This document shows positions 24,654-35,380 of a DNA stretch of 64,000 nt, piece after piece. A model generated the notes under the pieces. That model searched no databases and was not told the DNA's origin. It saw nothing but the letters and a program-made list of their open reading frames with translations. The position numbers and the translations under genes are program-made. Numbering within the stretch: the stretch's first letter is position 1; every line of letters begins with the position of its first letter. The DNA lies in the NCBI RefSeq assembly GCF_000143415.4, contig NW_003314299.1, forward strand, positions 730,229 through 794,228, read 5' to 3'. Source of the stretch: Selaginella moellendorffii (taxonomy: Eukaryota > Plantae > Lycopodiophyta).

Positions 24654-25008
24654 AGCGAGAAAGAAAACTGGATCATCAACGCGAAGAAGATGAGGGAGGA
24701 ATCGGCGACAAGGACGTGGAGATGGGGAGGGGCCAGCGCCGCGAGCCTGGAGCAAGCAATGCCAGCGACGACGGCGGCAGTGTCCATGGATGGCGGATCA
24801 TCTGAGAGACCCAAGAACACACATTGATGGCGTCCATGGGCATTGGGCATTCGAATCGGCTGCTCGTGAGCAATTCGCCCAGCGCGTCCGACCACAAGCG
24901 ATCGAGCTTTAGCAGCGCCGCCAGCTGCAGCAAGCCTCCAAAAACTCCAAGCTCGACCACCCAAGGCATATCCACCGCAAGAACTACGTGCTCTTCCGAA
25001 CGCGATCC
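24654..25008 (+). pseudogene. Truncated, deleted copy of the SLAC1/SLAH 5' end
   Basis: Colinear with 33403-33808, with multiple deletions. Ends at ...cgcgatcc. Confidence 0.85.
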
Positions 25009-26199
25009 CATACTAATAATCGAACCCGCAAGCAGTGTCCTTGATTCGGACTTAATCTTAAGGTTATGGAGAAGTCCCTAGAGAATACAGAAGCCGCAGG
25101 CGATATGAGCAGCAACACCGACATCCAGGAAGCTGTAGAATACATGGAAATGCTACGTGCTTATTGTGACACACATTCTCGAACCAAAAAGTCAGTGTTC
25201 TCTTCTTTTTCCAGGTTTCCAATTTTTTAATAGCTGCCAACGAGCTTCTTGCCTTATGCCTATGCTTGTTGGAGCTTTGCTATCTGTGTTGGCTTTACAA
25301 ATAGCGATATGAGCAATAATTTCATGTTCTAATGTTTTCTTTTTTCTCACAGGAAACTACGTGTCTTTTCTTGCAAATCTCGTGGTGTTCCTGTATAAAT
25401 GGTAGCCATTTGGCAACGAATACAAAACCAAAGCCGTTTGGAGCTATTGCCTCGACTGCAAATGGTAACAATTGGAGTACACACCTGTCAGCACTAACAT
25501 TTTCTCAGTCCTTTGCATACAGGTTGAACTCCTTTTTAATATCACTTACTCTCACAAATTTCCTTCTCGACATGCCTTTACTCTGGAAAAAGAAGAAGTC
25601 ACTCGGTTGTGGAACTGTGTAGAACCTTTCATCGGATTCATAACTAGAGGTATCCATGACCTGCCGAATTCTTTCTCTTTGATAAAAGTGAGGGAAACGG
25701 CATCAACCAACCTTTCATGAGGTCATTTTGAGCTCCTCTCAAAAGAATGTGAAGCTGAAAAGCAACAAGTAATCTTATGTTCATGCCTACTGTCACCATA
25801 TGACATTCCCCAGTACTTGAGAGACTGACTTATTAGGCATGAACTCCTATATCAAACAACCACTGTGACTCATTCTGAATATAATAAACATTTGTTTCTT
25901 GAAATGTGACCCAGCACAGCTAGATTATTTGGGAGGCCTGGAACAGAATTGGCGACAATCCTGGCGCTTGCTTGGCAGACACTCCAATTATGATCCAATC
26001 TGATACTCTCCTTCTCTTCCAAAATTAAAAGTAAGATTTACATGAGCCAAGGAGGGAATCCAGCCAAGTCATGGTAATGAATTCACTGCTCCAGCCATGG
26101 GCCTTGATTGATCGCCAACGCACGAACTTTGTTTAATCCCACAAAAATTTGTTTAATTGCGTTTGCTGGGAAAAAGTATAACATTCTCATGTATGTCCG

Positions 26200-27263
26200 A
26201 GATCCATCCCTTCACGCTCCAGAAAGAGAAGCTCTTCTTTCTCGCAGGCAAGTTGGTCTTTAAATGTGGAAAGCTATATATATGTGTGTAAAAGATTCTG
26301 AGAATCCACATTATTCGAAAAGTGTGCAAAGTCTGCGCAACTTTAGCCTACTGTTGAAGATCCTATCCTACCTATCGGCAACGACGGACTCGATGCGTCT
26401 TCTCTGGCCTGGGATTGATGGGCATACAGAAGAGGAACAGCCAATAGAGGGCGACGGAGATTCGTTGATGTTCATTGGACGCGAAGCTGCTAAAGACCTA
26501 TACCGGCGGATCTTACAGTTGAAGAGGGGCAGGGTCATTGTGATGGGTTCCCAAGGCTCGGACAGTCTTGGTTCATGCAGTTTGCAACCACATCCAGCAG
26601 TCGGGCTTGAGGAGGAGCGTGTTCCTTGATGTATCAAGTTTTCACTGCTTACCTTGTGGAGGAGCTTGCTTCTTGCATTCTGTGAACAAACCGTTGAAAC
26701 GAAGGAGATCCGTAAAGTGCAAGACCTTGATATGCTTATCGCTTGGTGCATTCTGAAGAAAGGTCTCGTGTTTGTGGTCGATGACAGAGACAAAAAGCGA
26801 AGATTCGGAGCAACTAAAGAATGCTAAGGAGACCGCCAGAAGCTGCGTTGAAGAGCTTGTCGAGCACCAAATCCTGGTCCAGATTCCGTCGGTTGACAGC
26901 AGAGAACGCCTCGCCATGGAGGCTAATCCCAAGAAGAAGCTACGGCTCGAGTGCGACAAGTTCATGGTGAACGGGCCTTTCAATGCAGCCAAGCTTTCAA
27001 CATGGAAGGGCTTGTCGTCGTTGCCTGACTCTGTGAAGCAAAGTACAAGCTTAACCTTTCTAACTGGGGGGATGCCGAGACTCTTGAAATTCTTTGAACG
27101 TGCTGGCGGCGACGTGGCGAAGTATACAAAACTAATTAGTTCTGTTACGCACAGGCTGTGGTCCGATTTCATCGGCAACTTGGAGACTGAGGAGGAAGTG
27201 CCTGCAGGTGTACTCCTTGTTGCACGATTCGTCATGGAACCCGTGCTTCTAGGGAAGATCTAG
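26200..27263 (+). pseudogene. Frameshifted P-loop NTPase of Crinkler/RHS-type (CR) or STAND-like architecture
   Basis: MFIGREA, Walker A VIVMGSQGSG[K]TVLVHA broken by a ~5 nt deletion at ~26561, Walker B LVFVVDD (26765-26785), TGGMPRLL (~27063). Possible upstream exons from ~25105 and downstream exons to ~28800. Confidence 0.6.
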
Positions 27264-27276
27264 AGCACGATCTAGA

Positions 27277-28111
27277 GCAATGCAATTCACCACCATTTTC
27301 ACCTGAATATAAATTTTTTTTAAGAGTCTCGTTCATATAATACTGTCTCATCTGGGAGGCTGAAAGGTGGTTCATGTGTTAAAAAGTATTTCGACATAGC
27401 TTGTCAGCGCTCCTGCACAGAAAATGAAGCAGATATAATTTACCCCAGGTGCTCGCCTTCAGCTGCAACCGTGTTTCCGCAAGGAGTCTTCCCGTCTGCG
27501 TTTCTGGCCACACAGCAAGGCAAATGCCTGTGGCAGTAAAATCCTCTTTTGGAGGCATGGGAGCAGCAAGCACTAAACAGTCCATCATCATATGTAAAAG
27601 AGGAAGTAAGGAAGAATAAAAGACTTAGACAAAGAGTTCTCTAGATTCCATCTAGACAATTGGTACTTGCCGACTTCTTCATCGAAGTAAGATGGAACAC
27701 AATTTAGAGCAGGAACTCTTTGTCAAAGCATCTTTTATTTTTCTTCACTTCCTCTCACCCTAACACTGACGTGGTAGCAGATGGAATATTCCCTCGGTTC
27801 TACAGATAAGTACTCCAGAAGAGGATTTTACTGCCGCAGGCATTTGCCTTGCTGTGCGGCCAGAAACGCAGACAGGAAAACTCTTTGCGGAAACACGGTT
27901 GCAGCTGAAGGAGAGTGCTGCAAGCAGCACCTGGGGTAAATTATATCTGCTTCATTTTCTGTGCAGGAGCGCTGACAAGCTATATCAAAATGCTTTTTAA
28001 AAAGAGCAGACACATGAACCAACTTTCAGCCTCCGAGATAAGACGGTATTATATGAACGAGACTCTTAAAAAAAATTATATTCAGGTGAAAATGGTGGTG
28101 AATTGCATTGC
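27277..28111. repeat. Long imperfect inverted repeat (foldback)
   Basis: 27277-27554 is the reverse complement of 27813-28111. Inner arms 27599-27653 and 27690-27756 also pair. Central loop ~36 nt. Confidence 0.95.
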
Positions 28112-28819
28112 GTGGAGCACTGCCGAGCCCAACTGCGGCACGGCAAGCGCACGGAATCCTTGTTGCTCTCGTAGATATTGATATGAGCAGAAGCTCCCAG
28201 TGAGCTCCTCAAATTGATGAATGCAGGGGCTCTAAGCTAACATATGCAAGCACTTCATGCACATCCTAGAATAAGCTCGCACATGTGACATAGAACACTA
28301 TAAACACGAAGATCATAGTGTGTGCTCATTTTAGACGGCAAGCTTGTCCATCTCGAGCTTATCAGAGATCAATAGCAAAGGTGACAAGGGGAAAGTTGGC
28401 GCTCTAACTGTACAGCCTACGGCATGTAGGAGCTCGTCCGCGGGTGAGGAGTGCTGGACATGGGCTGCTATATCCAGGAAGCTGAGCTCTGGTAATGTTC
28501 CTGGGAGCCAACATAAAATGCTTGTTTAGTGGCGTCGATCCGCTGAAGCTTGAAACTCGCCCTGGCTGGCTGGCTGGCCTTGCTCCATCTGATTGACAAG
28601 GACGAGCTCGAGTCAAACCGAGGTTTCTACGCACTCATTTGAATCAAGTGGTTCCACTCATTCTATTTTTTCGTTTCGCTATGGATGCTTGATTGATGGC
28701 AAGAACAAAGAAAAAATCTCCTTGAGGACAGGTAGATTGTTGTTGAAACTCTTCATGAAACGCTTGGATGACATTTCGTGGTGCTTTCAGCTGCTGTTGG
28801 GCGGACCACTTTTGTTTTA

Positions 28820-31690
28820 AAATTTTAAATAATTTACTGTGCTTACAGCATGATCAGAAAAAAAAAAATCACAGTCCATAAAATTCATTAAAATAAATTT
28901 TAACATACTTCTGAAAATTGAAGCAAGCTGTAATAAAAGGGCACAAATTCTAGGTCATACAGATTAAATCTATATATTAGTATAATACATATCTCACCAA
29001 AACTTTCAACTGAATCTAATCCATCCAATATATTTATATTTTAGTAGAGCTAAAAATACACCAAAACCCTATAAAACTAAGTGGTAGATCTCATAGAAGA
29101 TAAGAAATGGGTTAGATCCTATTTCCTTTACATGAAACATTTTAGTTATCTTTTAGAAGATTAGTCTAGTGAAAAAAATCAATGGGAAAACTGGAAAGAA
29201 GTTGAAATACAATTAAAAAATATAGTTTTTTTTAGAGAACTAAGCTTTAGTTATTTATATCCAGAGTTTGTTTCTAGTGTAATGTATAAATTCTAAAGCA
29301 TAGGTAGAATACATAAATTCGATATTAAGGCCTTCTTTATTATCTAAACATGGAAAATGTGTACAAACATTATTATCTTGGCAAATGATAGCAAAGTTAA
29401 AGTTCTTTCTAGACAAAGTAAATACATGTATAATCATGATCTGCTTAAGAAGTCCCATCTAGTCAAGCTTGTATTAAATAAATTATACATGAAGTGTTAA
29501 ATTCTATAAAAGCTTTGAGTTTTATTACATTTTAAGCTTTATCCACTCAAATTTGGTAGCAACATTTCAAATTTTAATAATTAGCAAGAAGAATAAATGG
29601 AAGTGATGACCAAGAATTTTCTCTAAGAAAACAAAAAGCACTTATAGGCCACTATTCCTTCATACATCAAGTAGATAATTTGGATGCATAAAGAAGTTTA
29701 TATAGTTTACAAACTCATGAAGTTAAATTTATATTTTTTTATATTGGATAGCTCAAATTCCTTCTAACAAATAAAACTTTTAAAAAAAAATAGTATAAAT
29801 TGAGTTCTCTTTGCCTTTTATTTTTTTTTCTAACCTTTTTTTATTTTCTAACTTTTGCCACCTCCTCATGTTTCTAGTATTTTTTCTTCATCTCTATACT
29901 TTTTTCTTCTGATATATTGATCAATTTAGACTTTTGTGATTTTCATTCTTTGTCAAGTGTTGACTTGAGTGTTATTTGCCTTTTTCAAATTTATCCATAT
30001 GTTTAAATTGTGTTCATGGTCAAGAATCTTGTTTTTGTCTTGTTGGTGAAGTTTTTGATTAGTTTTGTTAAATATTCCCTTATTTAAGGGGTTTTACTTT
30101 TTCTAGAATTTTATCTTGGCAATTGTTAAAAATATTTATTTTACCATTTTTGCTAAGAAATTCTTTATTTATGTAAAGTTTTCTTTAATTTTTTTTTTGT
30201 CTCAAATGCTAAGTTTAATATTGAATAATGTCAATATTTTACTTATCTTATATTGTTCAAAGTATTTTATAGCAAAACATCCGCTATTACCCAACATTGT
30301 TTTTGACAAAATTTGTTATATTATAAGGTTTATTATTATCTAAGCCTTTCTCACATTTTATTCTTTGATGTTTTTCATTTTTATATTGATAATTGCTAAA
30401 AGTTCTTCTTCCTATACTTATCCATTTTTTTGTTTTCTATAATATTCTTTACTCAATATTTTTACTTTGGCTCAATACTTTAATTCTTTTTGTCTAATAA
30501 GATGGGGTAGAGGGGATGAATGAAAGTTCAACCCTAATGATGGAATAAAAATGATTGATAAATGATATTAAAATGAAGTTGAATAACATATATTATGAAG
30601 TGAAGATAAGTGTAATAAGTCCAAATGAAACACTTAATCAAGAAAGAATATATTTGAGATAATATAATAATGGAATGAGGCCAAATATAAGTAACAAAAT
30701 AAGAATGAGTATAATAAGTTTAAATGGAGTTAGTGCTTTAAATTTTTTCTCCTTTGAGGGTGAGGATATGGAAAATGAATGAAGTGAATTTAGCCTTTAA
30801 TTTGTAATGTTAGACAAAAATGATGGTTGTTTGTCTAAGTTAACTTAAACTTCAAAGGGTGATTTATAAAAAAATGCAAATATAAATTGTGTAGCACTTA
30901 TATTATCATTGTGGATTTTTAGAACCTTAGGGAATAAATGGAGATATAATAACCATTAAAATGTTTTTTATTAAGTAATTAAATTTTTTTCAATTGGCTT
31001 AAAGAGAGAGATAAAATATATTACATGTGGCATTAAAGAAAATGTCATAAGTTCAATTTTCAATAATTAATAGCTATTTTAAATATTTTTCTATCTCATG
31101 AGATAAGGTGCACTACAGGTTCAAATTGTTATAAATTTGAGTTCAAGATGGTCTCAAAAGTAAATTCAAATGATGGTTGTAAATTAATTGAAGGGCAATG
31201 TAAAAAGGAAATTTATCATTTGCTATGTAGTGGATTGCAATTGCCCTCAAATTTATTTTTTTTGGTTTGACATTGTAACTTTTAGATTTACAATTTCTCA
31301 ATTCTTTAAGATTTCATAATTGACTAATATTTGTGCTATAGTTATAATCTATTTTTATTATAGTTGTTAGCAATTATATTGTATAAATTGCTAATCTAGT
31401 GGTGTTTCAACTTCTTGAAGCTTACTTATTTTCTAGTGAGGAAGGTAAACTTTCTCATTTTCTAGAAATTTTCTAAAGGGGAAGATAGTAAATATATATA
31501 TTACTTTACCTTAAATAATGAATATAGCTATTCTAAGTGAAATTTAAACAACCTTTAATTCACTTAAACACAATCTTTTGACCATGCTTTTTACAAAAAT
31601 AAAATTATGAAAATAATGCTCTGGGAGAATAACCTACTTTCTTGGAGAACTGATATACTCAACTTCTACACCATTGTTGTGGAGCTACTT
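28820..31690. other. Very AT-rich tract, probably an ancient eroded transposon
   Basis: Abrupt composition shift, no long ORF, CG dinucleotides almost absent. Element type not identifiable. Confidence 0.45.
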
Positions 31691-31879
31691 GTTTGTTTGC
31701 AACAGTCACCAAGGATTCACACTGCAGCTTCTCGAGATTGATTGATGCTCAAAGATTTCCATGAACACGAGAGCAAGGATTTTACATGATAAAAAAGTAA
31801 GTTGCTCATAGGTATGGGTTAGCAACACGACGGGTGTCGGGGTGTCATCACATTTTAAAGGTTCTTCACTCTCTCTCTC

Positions 31880-33169
31880 TAGCGCGCGCCTCTCCTCGCC
31901 CAGCATGCCCCAGCAGCTGAATCCAGGGGGGCGCCATGCCGGGTGCTCACCGATCGCGGGCCCTTTGCCTCGCGTCTCAACAGCCGCGCCGTGCTGGGAT
32001 TCGACGGCGACGACACATTCAAGTGTGGGATTCTCTGCGACTTTGCACGATTTTATGCTAGTTTTTCCTTGTTCAACGGTATTTTTATATCTCACGCTCG
32101 AATGGTTTTCAGTTGCTTGCGTTCCATCAGCTTCCTTGTTTGTTTTTCCAAATGCATTTCTCTTAAGTTTGTCCAGCATACTTAAAACTTTCTCAGATTT
32201 TAATCTTTCTTCAGGCGCTCCAAAGCCAACATTGAAGACCTTTCGAAGGATCTCAACGCTTTGGCGGTGCTTTGGCAGATCCTTTCACTTCTGAGACTGG
32301 CGCTGGCAACATCGGCTGGGCTGGAGGCCGGGATTTGAGTGGGACAACCGCTGCCGAAGAATATGGAAAAGGCTGGGGATGGTTTAAAGATCTCAGGCTC
32401 GTCGCGCTTGGATTCCGTTCTGGCATAACATGTTAGAATCTGTCCAAGGTTTGTCAGTCACGAGAAGAGACTTACCAAGAAGAAATTGTTGATCAACTCT
32501 TGTTTTAGAACAGCCCCTTTGATCGAAGCTGGTCAAGAAGTTGACGAGGAGTGTTACCTTCTCTGGCGACTGGATTCCTGGAGGTGAGTTAAACACTTTT
32601 CCTGTTACGGTTTCGTACAAACTTAGATGTTGTAAACTTCTTCCCAGGAGAAGCCATTCCACTCGAGTACAACATGGCCGCTCTCAACCCCATCAGCTTT
32701 GAGAAAGGCTGCAACGTCGGACAGGAACTAATACCAAGGACGCATTTCCGCTCATGCCTGTAAGTCTCGTTCTGGAAAACGCGGAAGGTACTTTTCCTTG
32801 CTCTCCACTCTTTTTTATTCTCTTTAGGATCTCGTACTCACGTGAGCGTGCTTCCTTCCACTCGCATCACAACTCTCCAAACACGGCACTTTAGAAAACT
32901 CTCTTCTTTAGAGTCTCCAGCTAGTCGTGAGCTTTCATCCTCGACAGCAACTCGAAGCTCTCATGGTTTGCTTGTTTAATCGCAGAAATGCGCGAGGGAG
33001 TGGCTCGTGGCACAGAGATTATGGATGGAGAAACCGGGAAGAAGTGGGGTCAGTGATCACAGCTCTTGGCTCGCGAGGATTGGCGATGGTGAGACTGGAG
33101 GCGGTAGCTAAAGACAGACTGAAGCTCCAGAGCGTGGACGGTGGTGGCGGCGCTTTCGGGCACTGTTGA
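31880..33169 (+). pseudogene. IBA57/CAF17 pseudogene (duplicate of 22493-24545)
   Basis: Colinear including introns. ATG lost, exon 1 largely deleted, KGCYVGQE changed to KGCNVGQE, several frameshifting deletions. Confidence 0.92.
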
Positions 33170-33448
33170 CTAGAAAGTGAGTGATCATACGGTCGGGAGA
33201 CGTGTCAAATTCCTAGGAATATCCCCCATAGTTTAGGGTTTATAACATGGAGAGCTTAAATTTGGTTGTGTGGCTCAAGCGCGGCCACTGTAAGTGCCAC
33301 TGCGCCCGTGACAGATCAAAGCAGCACGGATCTCCACTGGAACAATCGCTACTTAAGCCGCGCCTAATTCGATCGATCGATCCATATCACGCAAGCGCTC
33401 GGGAGAGAGAACACTGGATCATCACCACTCACGCGAAGAAAGGAAGCA

Positions 33449-35300
33449 ATGGGGGAGGACGAGGACGTGGAGATGGGGAAGAGGAGCAGCGCCGCGAGCT
33501 CCACCGATCTGGAGCAGGCAATGCCGGCGACGACGGCAGTGTCGATGGATGGGGGAATATCGGAGAGACCCAAGAACAGCCCGGCCTGGATGGCGGCCAT
33601 GGGCGCCGGGCATTTGAATCGGCTGCTCGTGAGCAATCCATCGTCGCCCAAGTCGCGCTTCGCCCCAAAGGATCCCGCGGACCAGAAGCGATCGAGCTTT
33701 AACAGCAGCGCCAGCGGCAGCAAGCCATCGTCTCCAAAGACTCCGAGCTCCACCCAAGACATCCACCGCAAGGACTCCGAAAAGTACGTGCTATTTCGGA
33801 CGCGATCCTCCAAGATCGAGAAGCAGCTATCACGCCTCCGCGAGGAGGAGATCCAGCAGCAGCAGCAGCAACACCACCAGCTCGATCCAGGCGATCATCC
33901 AGAGCAGCAGCAGCAATCCAGCAAACCGATCCACCACGAAGATCACTCCGCCCAAGTTCCCGCCGGGCGATACTTCGATGCTCTCCAAGGCCCGGAGCTC
34001 GAGCAGCTCAAGGAATCCGAGGAGGCGCTCCTCCCTCTCGACCAGCGATGGCCATTCCTCCTGCGCTTCCCAATCTCATCGTTTGGAGTGGCGCTGGGGC
34101 TTGGCAGCCAATCCATTCTCTGGAAGAACCTCTCCACGGTCCCAGCGATGCGATTCCTCCACGCCCCGGAGATCATCAACACGGTGCTGTGGTTCCTGGC
34201 CGCGATCGCGCTCGCCGGGATCTTCACCACCTATCTCTTCAAGGCGATCTTCTACCTCGAGGCGGTGAGGCGCGAGTACTACCATCCTGTGCGCGCAAAC
34301 TTCTTCTTCGCGCCATGGATCGCCGCGATGTTCTTGGCACTGGGCATCCCTCCATCGGCGGGAGTGACGCTACATCCCTGGATCTGGTGCTGCCTCATGG
34401 CGCCAATCCTCGCGCTAGAGCTCAAGATCTACGGGCAGTGGCTCTCGGGCGGCCAGCGCAGGCTGTCCAAGGTCGCGAATCCGTGCACGCACCTCTCCGT
34501 GGTGGGCAATTTCGTGGGCGCGCTGCTGGGAGCGACCGTGGGATGGATCGATGGCGGGATCTTCTTCTGGGCGATCGGGCTCGCGCACTATCTGGTGCTC
34601 TTCGTCACGCTCTACCAGCGACTGCCCACCAACGAGGCGCTGCCCAAGGAGCTCCACCCGGTATTCTTCCTCTTTATCGCCGCGCCCAGCGCTGCCAGCC
34701 TCGCGTGGGAGAAGATCACCGGAGACTTTGGCATTGTCTCTCGGATCGCCTTCTTCATCGCCCTCTTCCTCTTCTCATCACTGGTAAGAACCCTAAAATT
34801 TGCTGCGTGGTCTCTTTCCAACGGTACTAACGATGGATTGGAATCTCTCTTTCTTCCAGATCGTGAGGATCAATTTCTTCCGGGGCTTTCGATTCTCGCT
34901 CGCCTGGTGGGCGTACACGTTTCCCATGACCGCCATCTCCATCGCCAGCATTCACTACTGCCAGGAGGTTTCCACGCCCGTCACGCAAGCGCTGGCGACG
35001 ATCCTCTCCTCCGTCTCTAGCGCCACTGTGGCGCTGCTCTTCGTGGCGACGATGTGCCACTGGCTGGTGTGGAAGACCCTCTTCCCCAATGATCTCGCCA
35101 TCGCCATCACCAACCGGAGGAGGAAGAGGAAGAGGCATTCCCATGGCTCCGAGGAGGATTTCTCCACGAGTAGCGGCAATGGCAGCAGCAAATCCAGGGA
35201 CGCCACGAGCACCAGCACGGATTGGAGCTGCGCGATTCTTCCCAGCGTCGAAATGAGCACCTCGTCGTGCTTTGGGACGAAGACGAAGGTGATCGATTAG
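33449..35300 (+). CDS. S-type anion channel, SLAC1/SLAH family (one intron 34784-34859)
   Basis: WPFLLRFPISSFG, EAVRREYYHPVRANFFFAPW, LELKIYGQWLSGG.RRLSKVANP, LPKELHPVFFLFIAAPS, FSLAWWAYTFPMT, LFPNDLAIAIT. Confidence 0.95.
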
Positions 35301-35380
35301 CCCTAAAAGGATATGCTCTTGGTCAATGCTCGTTTGACTTTCTTTGACCAAAGTTTTTTGCGATGCTTTGGTCGGAGAAG

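Noticed and set aside
33364-35351. Long antisense and alternate-frame ORFs over SLAH (likewise over PPR, STELLO, GT2 and DUF716)
   Set aside because: Shadow ORFs expected from GC-rich codon usage.
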